64,000 nt of DNA from Dehalococcoidia bacterium. Lineage in GTDB: Bacteria; Chloroflexota; Dehalococcoidia; UBA2979. Position numbers and translations under genes: made by a program. The notes beneath the pieces were generated by a model, which worked only from the letters and a program-made list of their open reading frames with translations, was not told the DNA's origin and did no database searches. Of this stretch, positions 33,799 through 44,419 are shown in pieces; position 1 is the stretch's first letter; each line of letters begins with the position of its first letter. The stretch lies in NCBI GenBank assembly GCA_965262725.1, contig OZ253555.1, positions 2,336,001-2,400,000 on the forward strand. The letters run 5' to 3'.

Positions 33799-34176
33799 TC
33801 AGCGGAGCGCCGCCTGGACGAGCGCCCCACAGGCATCAAGTGCCTCGGACACCGGCAGCTCACCAACGCTGAACCAGCGTACGTCGGTGTGCTCCGCGGG
33901 TGCCGCATTCGCGGGCTCGCCGTCCCACCAGAGGACCGCGTAGACATGGATGACCGCGGGCTCGATCGGGCCGTGTATCTGCCCGAGTCGCCTGCACGTC
34001 CGCACGTCAGTGCCGAGCTCTTCGCGGGCCTCGCGGCGCGGGGCCTCCTCCAGGTCTTCACCTCTCTCGACGTGCCCGCCGAACAGGTCCCACACGTCCG
34101 GGAGGACACGAACCCACGGGGCCCGGTGTACGAGCAACAGCGAACCGTCCCTCACCACGGCTCCCGCGCGACACAC
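33799..34176 (-). CDS. NUDIX hydrolase (5' end uncertain)
   Basis: Nudix box GGHVERGEDLEEAPRREAREELG. Confidence 0.7.
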   Translation of the reverse strand: MCRAGAVVRDGSLLLVHRAPWVRVLPDVWDLFGGHVERGEDLEEAPRREAREELGTDVRTCRRLGQIHGPIEPAVIHVYAVLWWDGEPANAAPAEHTDVRWFSVGELPVSEALDACGALVQAALR

Positions 34177-34399
34177 ACGGCCGGCGCATCACTCACGGCC
34201 AGGGACTCCTCAGAACGCGAGGGGCGGATGGCTGCGCCTGACCGCGCACGAGAGAGGGCGGCACCCGGCGCCGGGGCCCCGGGAGACGGTCGTGGCTGGA
34301 GGATGGGCGCGGACACGTGTGCCGGGGAGTCATCCTGAGCACCGTCACGTCCGGCCGGCGGGCCTCGGTAGCCAACGGAGATGGCAACACCCCGCGTCG

Positions 34400-34562
34400 A
34401 CCACTCATCGGAGAGGGCCGTCCGCAGCGTCCCCGCATGAACGCGCCGCTCCTGGTCCGCCCGCCCGTCCGTGAAGGCCACGCCCTCCTCACCGAGCAGC
34501 TCCACCGGATCGCGCGTGTCCGAGGCGTCGCCCCAGGTGAAGCCCTCGGCGAAGCGGCCATT
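34400..34562 (-). pseudogene. Fragment resembling an MGMT/ATL-like C-terminal domain
   Basis: GRFAEGFTWGDASDTRDPVELLGEEGVAFTDGRADQERR. No start or N-terminal part. Confidence 0.4.
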
Positions 34563-34563
34563 C

Positions 34564-37500
34564 TCAGTTATCCGAGGCGTCGCCCCCGTCCCCGCCTGCC
34601 TGCCCCTCGCTCTTGGTGATGAACGGCGTTGCCGCGGGGACGCCGCTCGCGAACAGCTCGCGGAAGGACCGGTTCACGAACTCGGGCGCGCCGAGGATGT
34701 AGGGAACGTACTCGCCCTCGTGCAGGGCGTAGACGACGGTGACATCGTGGCTCTGTGCGCACGCCTCGAGGTCCTTGACGCTGCCGCCCTCGTAGAGCAC
34801 GAGGCTGAAGCCGACGGCGATCTCGCCGCTCAGGCAGTCCGGCCCGAACTCCGGCACGTCGTCACTCGCAGGCGCGGGGGAGGGCGACCCCTCGTTCTTC
34901 GCAATCAGCGGCGTGAAGGAGGGGAGGCCGTCGGCGTAGAGCTCACGGAAGGACCGGTTCACGAACTCGGGCGCGCCGAGGATGTAGGGCAGGTATCCGC
35001 CGTCGTGCAGGGTGTAGAGGGTCGTGACGTGGCGGCTCTGCGCGCAGGCGACGAGGTCCTCGACGCTGCCAGCCGCGGAGATAACGAGACTGAAGCCGAC
35101 GGCGATGCTCCCGCTCAGGCAGGCGGGCGCCGCCAGTTGCTCCGCCGCGCCGCCGATGCGCACGCGGTAGACGCGCATGCGGCTCTCGTCGGGGGAGGTG
35201 ACGGTGACGGTGATCTCCTCGAGCCCGTCCAGCGCCACCTGGTGGCCGTCGGCGACCTCGTCGGCGTCGAGGGGGTCGATGACGACCCTCGCGCGGCTCT
35301 GCGCGGGCCGGGCCTCGACCGTCGTCTGCGTCGCGCCGTCGGCGGCGACGCCCTCGTACTCGGCCTGGCTGCGTGAGAACTCGCCGATCTCGACATCGCT
35401 GAGCGCAAGCGATACCAGCCGGGCGTCGATCGCGTCGGGCATGTTGTAGGTGTAGACCCTGCCGTCGCTCTCGTCGGCGACGTACATCACGTCGCCGTCC
35501 GACCAGAGGCCGCGCGGGCTGTTGTTGCTGACGCGGGGGAGCTTCCAGAACTCCTCATCGCGCACGCGCTCGAGTTCGAGGTCCTCTTCCTCGTCCGCGC
35601 TCGTGTCCTCCTCCTCGAGCGAGGGCAGGCGGTAGGCGAAGAGGCGCTTGTCGTTGTGGTCGGAGACCCAGACGCTGACGCCGTCGGACCAGATGCCGTG
35701 CGGGTCGTCGTTGTCGGAGTCGAGAGCGTACCCCGCGAGCAGCTCGCCGCTCTCCAGGTCGTAGCCGAAGAGGGCGTTGTCGCGGCCATCGAGGACCCAC
35801 AGCGTCGAGCCGCCGGACCAGATGCCGCGCGGGTCGTCGTTGTCGGGGTGCAGTGCGAGATCGGAGTCGGGGAGGCGCTCGCCGCTACCCAGGTCGTGTG
35901 CGAAGAGCTTGTCCTTGCCGCTGTCGGAGATCCAGATGGTTGTGCGGTCGGACCAGACCCCACGAGGCGCGAGGTTGGCGTCGTCGAGCTCGAACTCGAG
36001 CTCCTGGACGCGCTCGCCGCTGGCGAGGTCGTAGGCGTAGACGGCGTCGGCGGCGCCGTCGCCGTTCTCGGCGAGCCAGAGCGTCGTGCCGTCGGACCAG
36101 GAGCCGGTGGGGACATCGTGGCCGCCGTCGAGCTCCTCGATGTCGCGCGTGACGTTCCACTCGAACTCGATCTCGCTCGGGGTGGGACCGGACGGCCCGC
36201 CGCCGCCGCCCCCGCCGATCACAGTCACGGTCACCGGCGGCGTGACCGGAGTCGCGCTCACCTCGATGGTGACGTCGATCGTCGCCTCGCCGCCGTCCGG
36301 GTCGCGGGCGACGACCGTCACGAGATGCTCGGGCTGGGCTGCCGCATCGAGCACCATCCCGGCGACAAGGATCTGCCCCGTGTGCCGTGCAATCCGGAAG
36401 AAGGGGGCGCCAGTACCGCGCAGCGAGTAGCTGAGTTCCAGTGGCTCGTGGTCGACGTCGCTGGCGGTCACGGGTGCGCCGACGGGGTCTCCGTTCCGAT
36501 CGGTCTCGGCGACGACGCGCTCGGCGGTCTGCGCGTCGAACGACGGCGAGTCGTTGACCGATTCGACCGACACGTGCACCGTCGCGCCGGCACGCGGGTT
36601 GCGGCCGTCGGAGATCGTGTAGGTGAAGCTGTCGATCCCGTTCGTGTCGGGGTTCGGCGTGTAGGTGAAGGTGCTGTCGGCGTTGAGGACGGCTGTGCCG
36701 CTGCGCGGCGCCGACCCCGGCGAGACCGTCAACGTCTTGTCCTCGGGGTCCTCGTCGTTGCGCAGCACGTCGATGGTCGTGGCAACGTCCTCGACCGTGG
36801 CCACCTCGTCGTTCTTCGCCACCGGCGGCTCGTCCACGTCGGTGATCGCGATGGTGACGGTCGTGCTGTCGCTGTCGTCGGACGGGTCGGTCGCGGTCAC
36901 GAAGACGGAGTAGCTATCGCGGGTCTCGTGGTCGATCATCACGCTTGCGGCGACGCGGATCTGGCCGCTGGAGCCATCGATCGTGAAGCTGCCGCCATCC
37001 GTTCCCGACAGGGTGTAGGCGAGCACGTCGTTGTCGTCGTCCGTGGCCCGTACCCGCGCCCCCACGGCTGTGTCTTTGCCGGAGTTCTCGTCGACCGAGC
37101 GCTCCATCATGGAACTCGCGAACTCGGGTGGGTGGTTCGCCGGCGGCGCGGGCTGGGTCTGATGGTCCGTGGTCTCCTCCTCGCCCTTGTTCGGGCCGTG
37201 TCCGTCGGTGTACTCGACGGTCACGCGCAGGCGGCGGTTGAGGTCGTCATCCACCGGCGTGTACTGCCAGCCCGTGGCGCCGCCGATGGGCGTCCACGTA
37301 CCCCCGTCGAGGCGCTGCCAGCTCCAGGACTCCCCGGAGATGCGGCCGTCGAGGTCCGTCAGCGTGGCGGTGAGCGTGGTCCCGACCTGCGGCTGCTCCG
37401 AGGAGAGGGTGAGTGTGCCCGCTTCGTCCTCGTTGGTGACGGTAACGGTGACGCCGAATGTGGCGGTGTTTTCGACATCGGCGGCCTCGATCGTGACCTG

Positions 37501-40500
37501 GTACTCGTTGTCGCGATTGCTGTCGGCGGCTGTTTCGAAGTCGGGGATGTTGGCGAAGCCGAGGACGCCGTTGGTCAAGCTGAAGTCACCGGCGTCGGGG
37601 CCGGAGAGGGAGACGATGACGGTACCGCGTTCGGGATCGCTCGCGGAGTAGGAGCCGAGCGTCCCCCTGTCGTTCTCGGCGAACTCGATCATGCTGTCGC
37701 CCGTGATGATGGGGGCTTCGTCGACGTCTGTGACCGTGACCTTCACGGCGAACGTGCCCGTGTAGTTCTGGTCCGAGGCGCGCAGGGTGACGTCGTAGGT
37801 GTTGTCGCGGCCGACGTCGGCCGGGGCGTCGTAATCGGGCACGTTGACGAAGCGCAGCTCGCCCGACGTGTCGTCGAACTCGAAGGCGGCCGCGTCCGGG
37901 CCGGCGAGTGTCTCCCAGGCCGAGGGCTGTCCTTCCGGGTCGGTCTGCGTGTAGCTGCCGATGAACACCGTGCCGTTTTCCTCGATAGTGACGTGGGCGG
38001 GACCATCTATCTCGGGGGCCTCATCGGCGTCCGTGGGCCTGACCAGCACATCGAGGCTCCCGCTGCCGAAGGCATCGGATGCAAGGACGCTAACCTCGTA
38101 GACGTCGTCCTCATTGTGGTCGTCGACGTCTTCGTAGTTGGGTCGCTGCTTGAATGTCAGCTGGCCTGATTCGTTGATCTTGAAGAGCTCGCCATCGTCG
38201 CCTCCGACGTCGAATTCGACTGGATCCTCAGGCTTCTCCGGGTCGACGCCCACGTAGGTGCCGACGGTCCCCACGCTGTCTTCGGGGAAGTCCAGATCGG
38301 TCGGGCCCGTGACGATCGGCGGTTCCTCCTGGTCCGTCACCGTGATCTTGACCATGAGTTCCCGGCTGGAGCGGATGCCGTCGGAGATGCTCACCAGGAC
38401 CTCGTAGAGGTTGTCCCGGTCGCTGTCCGTCGGGTTCTCGAAGTCGGGCGGGGTGACGAACCTCAGCTCGCCGTCCTCTTCCTCGCCGTTGTCGATGTCG
38501 CCGTCGTCCCCGTGGCTGAAGAGGCCGATGTCCGGCCCCACGAAGGCGATGGTCATCTGGTCGCCTTCGCGGTCCATGCCTACGTACTCTTCCACCTTCC
38601 CCTCAACGTTCTCGGTGACCGTGAAGCTCTCGCGGCCCTGGATGCTGGGAGGGTCGTTCTCATCCAGGACGTCGATGACCACGTCGACGGAATCGTCGAC
38701 TGCCGGGTCGGGCACGCCGCTCCTGTGCCTGTTGTCGCTCACGTGGACGGTGACGCGGTACTGGTTCGTTGTTTCGTAGTCGAGCGCGGTCTTTCTGAAC
38801 AATTGGCCGGTCGACGGATCGATGTCGAGGATGTCGTCGCTGACTCCCGTGAGGGTGTAGGTCAGGGAGTTGTCGTCGGGGTCGACGGCGCCGACAGGCT
38901 CCCCGATGTTCGGGCTGGCCTGGTGCTCGCCGATGCTGCGGACGCCCGACTCGGTCGCGGGAAACACGGAATCGACGTTCACGGGGGCAGGCGTGCCGGT
39001 GCTTGTCGCGGACCAGGGGCCGTCCCCTGCGCTGTTGGCGGCGCGCACCTGCACGTCGTACTTCACGCCATTGGTGAGGTTGGTGACGGAGGCGCGCGTG
39101 TGGACGTCGCCGCTGCGCCACGCTCCAGTCGACACGATCCAGTTGTCGTCGGCCTTGTCGCTCGCATCGCTGCGGATACGGCGAATGTCGTAGCGCTGGA
39201 TGTCGGCGCCGCCATCGCTGGCCGGCGGCTCCCACGCGACGACGAGCCCCTCGTCGCTGTCCGTGACGACGATGTTCGTGGGGACTCCCGGCGCAGCCGC
39301 GACGCTGCCGACGACAGTCTCCGACCAGGGGCCACCGCCTGAGCTGTTGACCGCCCGGACCTGGACGTCGTACCGAACGGCAGGGGTCAGGCCCGTGAGG
39401 TCGTACGAGAGGGTGCCGGAGGTCCAGGCGCTCGTGACCTCGGTCCAGTGGGAGTCCGCCTTGTCCGCAGCGTCGCTGCGGATGTATCGCACGTCGTAGG
39501 AGGTGATGGGAGATGTACCGGTGTTGCCGGGAACGGTCCAACTGACCGCCAGGGAGCCGCCGACGGTGGTGCCGGATGGGGTTGCGAGGAACCCGGGCTT
39601 CTGGCTGTGTCCGTACACCTTCAGGCGGAAGTTCCTGAGTATCCCGTCCTTGTCGGCAGCCTCATCGGTGATGCGCAGTTTCCACTCACCGTCGGGGCTC
39701 TCCCCCAGGTGCTTCGCCGAACCGAAGCGGAGCGCGCCCCAGTGAGGTTCCCGGAGCAGGTCGCCAAAGTAGTCTCGGACCTCTCCGGAGTGCAGCAGTT
39801 GGGACGTGGCGCCCGATGGGGATTCCAACTCGATCTTGAGGTCCCGAATACTCGAGTGATCGAGATTGATGGTGATTTCAACGAACTCGATAAAGTCGAC
39901 ATCACTGTCGGGGAAGGTCACCGTACGCGTATAGGGCGTGTGGAGGGTATCAATGGCCACATCGGGGCCGTCCCACGTCGCCTCGGCGCTTCGCATGGTG
40001 GGCACGTTGGTGGTCCACCCCTTGGCGAGAGTGACCGCGGCGCCGGCATCGACAACGCCGAAGCCGTATTTGTGGTTGAACGAGTAGTAGTCGGTGTCGG
40101 ATCCGTAGCGCAGTGCGCCCTGCTCCCAGCCACCGTCGCCCGCATGGTTCTTGCGCGCCGAAGCGGCCAGGATCAGCTTCACGTCGCGCCAGGTCAGATT
40201 CGGGCTGGCGGACCGCATCAGTGCGACCACGCCGGACACGATGGGCGTGGCCGCCGAGGTACCGCCGAAGTTGTCCCTGTAGAGCCCCGGCCTGAAATCA
40301 CTACCGTCGCTACCGAAGCCGAGGGTGGCCCCCTCGGCCGTCGTCGTGATGCCCGGCTGACTCACTCCGTTTGACGGGGCGCACACCCACAGGTTGGCGC
40401 CCGGTTCTGAGTAGATGCTCCTCACGTCGTTGTAGTTGACCGCGCAGACAGCCGTCACGCCATAGAAGTTCACGTACCCGTCCAGGTTGGAGTTGTCGTT

Positions 40501-42627
40501 GGCTCGCGAGCTGTCTCCCCCGTTGCCACCGGCCCAGATGTAGGAGAGCCCGCGGCCGCCATCCCCCTGCCGGAGGCCTGTCTCGATCGCGGCCCGCCAG
40601 ACGCTGGGGGAGGGGTGTGGGAGGCCGTCGTCTTGCGGGCCCCAGCTGTTGGACGATATCTGGGTCGTGACCCTGTTGCGGGTCATCGCGTCCACCTCGT
40701 AGCGGAGATCCTGTCCCTCGTACGCTAGATAGTCCACGTAGTTGTAGCTGTAGATCGTCGCTCCGGGCGCGACGCCGCGGACGCCGACGTCGTTGTGCTC
40801 CGCGGCGATGAGCCCCGCAACCGCAGTCCCATGGTTCACAAAGAAGAGCTCAAAGACTTCTGATGGGGTGCCGTATGCCTCAGCCCAGTAGTCGAAGTTG
40901 CGGCTGGTATCCACGTTATTCTTCAGGTCCTCATGTCTGTAAAATAGTCCGTCATCCACGATGGCGATGTTCACGCCCGCGCCCGTGGTCCCCTCTTCCC
41001 ACACCTCCTCGACATTAATGTCCTGCATCGCCCCGCCTGAAAACTGGCCGGTGTTGTTCAGGTGCCACTGGCAGCCGTAAAATGTATCGATGGCGGCATC
41101 CGTGGTGAGCTCCATGCACCGCTCAAAAAAGCTCTTATACGCCCCCTCGGGCTGGACGAAGAGGAAGTATGCGCCCGTCATTCCACCCCTTCCCTTCACA
41201 CGGAGTTTGTACGTCCTTCCGGCCTCGAACAGGCCAAACGCGTAACCGGCTATGTAGTCGCGCGCGTAACTATCCCACCGTGCGTGATCGATCGTATAGA
41301 AGTCGAGGCGCGTGTTCTGATCATCGTAGGCTGTTATTTTCAGGTCAGTCTCTTCGTACTCGACCGTTACGGCGACGACGGATGCATGAGTGTCCTCATC
41401 AAAGGAGATACTGAAGTAGTCGGCATCTGACGAAGATGAAATACGCCCCGGCACCCCGGCGCCCGGAGGCATGGGAGTAGCGGTGTTCAGGGAGTTGCCG
41501 GGGTTCGGCGCCTCCCCCACCTGCATCACGTACCCTCCCGTGAAGTAGGACTGGGTGCCCTCGACCTTGATGTAGTACGTTCCGGCTGCGCCGGTGCCGC
41601 GCAACATGAACCCCTGGGCAATATGACGACCTCCTAAGGTCTGGTGAATGAACAGATCATCCTGAAGAAAGAATTTGAAGGATGTAGCCAGTGTGTTCCC
41701 GCTGGCATCGAGGAGTTTCGCGTTGACAAAGGTCTCGCTGAACGCCACGACGTAGAAGTCGGTCGGCGAACTGAACTCGAGCTTGTAGTAGTCAACGTCG
41801 TAGCTGTTGGTGTCTCCGGGCCGCCCGATCCGCCCAGCGGTCACGAGGCCGGGGTAGGCGGCGGCAGCTGAAGGGCGGCTGTTTCCGATATCGGCGGGCA
41901 GGATCTCCACGTGGATTTCGTACGGTCCCGTCGCGCCGGCGTTGCCCGCCACCGAGGCGTAGTAGGTTCCGGCGGCAAGGTACCCATGCAGGATGAAGTT
42001 CCAGGGGTTGTCGGGAAGGATGGTGTCGTTGCTTGACTCCTGGGACTGGTCGTTGTCGTCCAGCAGTTCGCCGACGACATCGACGGGCCCGGTGCTGCGT
42101 ACCAGGATGTCGGAGTCTTCGGCCAGGACGAAGCTGAAGAAGTCCTTGTCGGTCTCGGAACCAATTCGCCCGGCTGCCACCGCGGGAGTCGAGGCGCTCA
42201 CGACCAGCGCCGTGGCCGTGGAGGTCGTACCGCCGTAGTCGTTGGTCGTGCCCGTGGAGGTGGCCGACCAGTCGCCGTCGCCGGTGGCGTTGACGGCCCG
42301 GACCTGCACGTCGTACCCCGTGCTGTCCCTGAGCCCGGAGACGACGTACGAGAGCGAGCCCGACGTCCATACCTCCTCGTCCAGTAGGGTCCAGTTGGAG
42401 TCGGCCTTGTCGGTCGCGGCGCTCTCGATGTAGCGCAGGTCGTAGGCGCTGATCGCCGCCCCGCCGTCATAGAGCGGCGCGCTCCAGGTGACGGTCAGCG
42501 TGTTCGTCGTGGCCGCCACCGCGTCGATGGTCGGAGGATCGGGAGCGGTGGTCTGCGCCGCGGCGCGCTCGGTACCGCCCGCGAGAGCGAGCGCGGCGCC
42601 GAGGGCGAGCAGCGCGAGCCACCTCAC
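34564..42627 (-). CDS. Giant secreted protein 3 (~2687 aa): signal peptide, FN3, PPC-like domains, kexin-like S8 protease + P domain, FN3, many cadherin repeats, poly-Gly, shared C-terminal module
   Basis: Start set at GTG 42627 (MRWLALLALG..AAAQ, parallel to protein 1), overlapping the upstream stop. Catalytic IAIVDDG / NHGTAVAG / AGGNGG / GGTSAATP; cadherin PDFE..D...DN.YEV motifs. Confidence 0.9.
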   Translation of the reverse strand: MRWLALLALGAALALAGGTERAAAQTTAPDPPTIDAVAATTNTLTVTWSAPLYDGGAAISAYDLRYIESAATDKADSNWTLLDEEVWTSGSLSYVVSGLRDSTGYDVQVRAVNATGDGDWSATSTGTTNDYGGTTSTATALVVSASTPAVAAGRIGSETDKDFFSFVLAEDSDILVRSTGPVDVVGELLDDNDQSQESSNDTILPDNPWNFILHGYLAAGTYYASVAGNAGATGPYEIHVEILPADIGNSRPSAAAAYPGLVTAGRIGRPGDTNSYDVDYYKLEFSSPTDFYVVAFSETFVNAKLLDASGNTLATSFKFFLQDDLFIHQTLGGRHIAQGFMLRGTGAAGTYYIKVEGTQSYFTGGYVMQVGEAPNPGNSLNTATPMPPGAGVPGRISSSSDADYFSISFDEDTHASVVAVTVEYEETDLKITAYDDQNTRLDFYTIDHARWDSYARDYIAGYAFGLFEAGRTYKLRVKGRGGMTGAYFLFVQPEGAYKSFFERCMELTTDAAIDTFYGCQWHLNNTGQFSGGAMQDINVEEVWEEGTTGAGVNIAIVDDGLFYRHEDLKNNVDTSRNFDYWAEAYGTPSEVFELFFVNHGTAVAGLIAAEHNDVGVRGVAPGATIYSYNYVDYLAYEGQDLRYEVDAMTRNRVTTQISSNSWGPQDDGLPHPSPSVWRAAIETGLRQGDGGRGLSYIWAGGNGGDSSRANDNSNLDGYVNFYGVTAVCAVNYNDVRSIYSEPGANLWVCAPSNGVSQPGITTTAEGATLGFGSDGSDFRPGLYRDNFGGTSAATPIVSGVVALMRSASPNLTWRDVKLILAASARKNHAGDGGWEQGALRYGSDTDYYSFNHKYGFGVVDAGAAVTLAKGWTTNVPTMRSAEATWDGPDVAIDTLHTPYTRTVTFPDSDVDFIEFVEITINLDHSSIRDLKIELESPSGATSQLLHSGEVRDYFGDLLREPHWGALRFGSAKHLGESPDGEWKLRITDEAADKDGILRNFRLKVYGHSQKPGFLATPSGTTVGGSLAVSWTVPGNTGTSPITSYDVRYIRSDAADKADSHWTEVTSAWTSGTLSYDLTGLTPAVRYDVQVRAVNSSGGGPWSETVVGSVAAAPGVPTNIVVTDSDEGLVVAWEPPASDGGADIQRYDIRRIRSDASDKADDNWIVSTGAWRSGDVHTRASVTNLTNGVKYDVQVRAANSAGDGPWSATSTGTPAPVNVDSVFPATESGVRSIGEHQASPNIGEPVGAVDPDDNSLTYTLTGVSDDILDIDPSTGQLFRKTALDYETTNQYRVTVHVSDNRHRSGVPDPAVDDSVDVVIDVLDENDPPSIQGRESFTVTENVEGKVEEYVGMDREGDQMTIAFVGPDIGLFSHGDDGDIDNGEEEDGELRFVTPPDFENPTDSDRDNLYEVLVSISDGIRSSRELMVKITVTDQEEPPIVTGPTDLDFPEDSVGTVGTYVGVDPEKPEDPVEFDVGGDDGELFKINESGQLTFKQRPNYEDVDDHNEDDVYEVSVLASDAFGSGSLDVLVRPTDADEAPEIDGPAHVTIEENGTVFIGSYTQTDPEGQPSAWETLAGPDAAAFEFDDTSGELRFVNVPDYDAPADVGRDNTYDVTLRASDQNYTGTFAVKVTVTDVDEAPIITGDSMIEFAENDRGTLGSYSASDPERGTVIVSLSGPDAGDFSLTNGVLGFANIPDFETAADSNRDNEYQVTIEAADVENTATFGVTVTVTNEDEAGTLTLSSEQPQVGTTLTATLTDLDGRISGESWSWQRLDGGTWTPIGGATGWQYTPVDDDLNRRLRVTVEYTDGHGPNKGEEETTDHQTQPAPPANHPPEFASSMMERSVDENSGKDTAVGARVRATDDDNDVLAYTLSGTDGGSFTIDGSSGQIRVAASVMIDHETRDSYSVFVTATDPSDDSDSTTVTIAITDVDEPPVAKNDEVATVEDVATTIDVLRNDEDPEDKTLTVSPGSAPRSGTAVLNADSTFTYTPNPDTNGIDSFTYTISDGRNPRAGATVHVSVESVNDSPSFDAQTAERVVAETDRNGDPVGAPVTASDVDHEPLELSYSLRGTGAPFFRIARHTGQILVAGMVLDAAAQPEHLVTVVARDPDGGEATIDVTIEVSATPVTPPVTVTVIGGGGGGGPSGPTPSEIEFEWNVTRDIEELDGGHDVPTGSWSDGTTLWLAENGDGAADAVYAYDLASGERVQELEFELDDANLAPRGVWSDRTTIWISDSGKDKLFAHDLGSGERLPDSDLALHPDNDDPRGIWSGGSTLWVLDGRDNALFGYDLESGELLAGYALDSDNDDPHGIWSDGVSVWVSDHNDKRLFAYRLPSLEEEDTSADEEEDLELERVRDEEFWKLPRVSNNSPRGLWSDGDVMYVADESDGRVYTYNMPDAIDARLVSLALSDVEIGEFSRSQAEYEGVAADGATQTTVEARPAQSRARVVIDPLDADEVADGHQVALDGLEEITVTVTSPDESRMRVYRVRIGGAAEQLAAPACLSGSIAVGFSLVISAAGSVEDLVACAQSRHVTTLYTLHDGGYLPYILGAPEFVNRSFRELYADGLPSFTPLIAKNEGSPSPAPASDDVPEFGPDCLSGEIAVGFSLVLYEGGSVKDLEACAQSHDVTVVYALHEGEYVPYILGAPEFVNRSFRELFASGVPAATPFITKSEGQAGGDGGDASDN

Positions 42628-43610
42628 CTCAGGACGACCTGGCGCCGCCAGTTGGGGCTGGAGATGACCACGCCGTCCTCGGCGGCCAGCGCATTGGCGA
42701 GCTCGAGCGAGGGAAGGCCGGGAGCAGTGTCGATGAAGAACGCGTTGGGAGCGAAGTCCATCGTCTCGATGCTGCCCTTGGCGATGCCGTTCGTGGCGAC
42801 GAAGGTGTTGATCCGACGCTGGTCCCACTGCTCGTCGAGCACGAGCAGCACGCCGCCGGGGAGGGTCATCAAGGAGCCGGACTCGGTGCGGAAGACGGGG
42901 AGTGTGTCCTGCTCGTCGTGCCGCCCCGTCCGCTGGACGATGTTCTCCCTGCTACCGGCCCTGACGACGACGTCCTCGACGGTGTTATCGGCGGTGTTCT
43001 GGATGACGAGGTTGGTCTGCAGGTAGACGCGCCTGGTGTGCTCGCCGTCCTGCCAGGTGTGGAGTACGGACCCGCCGGTCGAGCGGGCCGACGCCCCGGA
43101 CTCGGTGGGGCTCGGCCCGACGGCGCCGACCTGTCCGGGCTGCGGGGTTGGCGAGGCGGGCCACCCGCGAAATGCGGCGCCGCTGCTCGCCGGTGTGGGG
43201 TCCCGGGTGTTGGCGCCCGCGGCCGCAGTTCGCCGATCCGGGTCGCGGGCGGGCAGGGGCGCCGGGGTCGCGGGCGCTGCGGTGGCCGTGGGGGGGCCTT
43301 CTTGCCCGCGGAGCTCGGGTGTCGGCGTGCTCGTCGAGGTCGCGCTCGCCGAAGACCGAGCTTCGCTGCCAGCAGTTGGGGAGGGAGGCGCCGGCGCCGT
43401 GGCCGCCGGTGTGGGGTTAGCCGTGCCCGTGCTCGCCGGAGCGCGCTCGCCGCCGCTGTCCTGCAGGGAGGGTGGCGCCGTGGCCGTCGGAGTTGTCGCT
43501 GCCGGTTCGGGATCCGGGCGGTTGCAGCCGGTGAGGAGCATGGCGGCAGTGGCTATGAGAGAGACGACTGCGACGGCGGCGGGGAGTGTGAATCGCGTCC
43601 GCATGGGCAC
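42624..43610 (-). CDS. Lipoprotein with Pro/Thr/Ala linker and C-terminal globular domain; candidate external chaperone/propeptide for the downstream S8 protease
   Basis: Lipobox LTGC; domain PVFRTESGSLMTLPGGVLLVLD..APGLPSLELANAL..GV..SSPNW; GTGA overlap with the protease start. Confidence 0.75.
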   Translation of the reverse strand: MPMRTRFTLPAAVAVVSLIATAAMLLTGCNRPDPEPAATTPTATAPPSLQDSGGERAPASTGTANPTPAATAPAPPSPTAGSEARSSASATSTSTPTPELRGQEGPPTATAAPATPAPLPARDPDRRTAAAGANTRDPTPASSGAAFRGWPASPTPQPGQVGAVGPSPTESGASARSTGGSVLHTWQDGEHTRRVYLQTNLVIQNTADNTVEDVVVRAGSRENIVQRTGRHDEQDTLPVFRTESGSLMTLPGGVLLVLDEQWDQRRINTFVATNGIAKGSIETMDFAPNAFFIDTAPGLPSLELANALAAEDGVVISSPNWRRQVVLR

Positions 43611-43728
43611 TTTCCCACTTGGCAGATGGGGGACGACAGTCCCACGCGCACCAATAGTAGTGTACCGCTGGGATGCTTAGCGCACGGGAGACTATCCAGT
43701 ATTCGACGCCATCGGCCTCGAGTCGGCG

Positions 43729-43786
43729 CGACCTGTTCGCCGACGGAGTCCCCGCCGTCACGCCGCTGATCGCCAGGAGCGACGGG
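43729..43786 (+). pseudogene. Orphan tip of the shared C-terminal module
   Basis: RDLFADGVPAVTPLIARSDG matches the terminal repeat of the giant proteins. Confidence 0.65.
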
Positions 43787-44273
43787 TCGCGCCGGGTCAC
43801 CGGCCAGCACCGCTCCACGCAGCGCCGCCTCCCGGCGCGCGGCCGCGGCGACGACGCGCTGCGGACGGAGTTGCACGCCTTCTCACGTGGCCACCCCCGC
43901 TGGGGTTACCGCCCGGCCTGGGCGGCCTTGCGCGAGAAGGGATGGGGCGTGAATCGCAAGCGGGTGCAACGGCTGTGACGTGAGGAGGGGCTGCGCGTCC
44001 CGGTGAGACGACGCAAGCGTCAGCGTCTCGGGGACTCGGCAGTGCCCGCCGTGCGGCTGCGGGCTGAGCGGCCGAACCACGTCTGGGCGCTGGACTTCCA
44101 GTTCGACCAGACCGCGGACGGGCGGGTCTTGAAGCTGCTCAACGTCGTCGACGAGCACACACGGGAGGCGCTGGCGGTAGTGGCCGCCAGGAGCATCACC
44201 GCCGATTCCACGGCCTCAACGCTCGACCGGATCGTCGCCGGGCGCGGAACGGCGCCTGTGTACCTCCGCTGCG
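43787..44273 (+). mobile_element. IS3-family OrfB remnant with an internal stop
   Basis: HPRWGYR..VNRKRVQRL*REEGL..RPNHVWALDFQFDQTADGR.LKLLNVVDEHTRE; truncated before the second catalytic Asp. Confidence 0.85.
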
Positions 44274-44419
44274 GGTTGTTCGACCAGACCTGTCGCCAGT
44301 GCGCGACCGGGAAGGCCGCGAAGGGCGGGACCTCTGGCGCAGCGTCGCCGAGCACCGCCGCGGCCTCGGGGATGCGCGCCGGAGGCAGCCGGGGCGGGCG
44401 ACATGCCCGCGGAAGCCAT

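Noticed and set aside
42628-42828. Long N-terminal extensions in the ORF track for giant proteins 2, 3 and 4 and several other genes
   Set aside because: Downstream starts have RBSs or translational coupling and give proper signal peptides.
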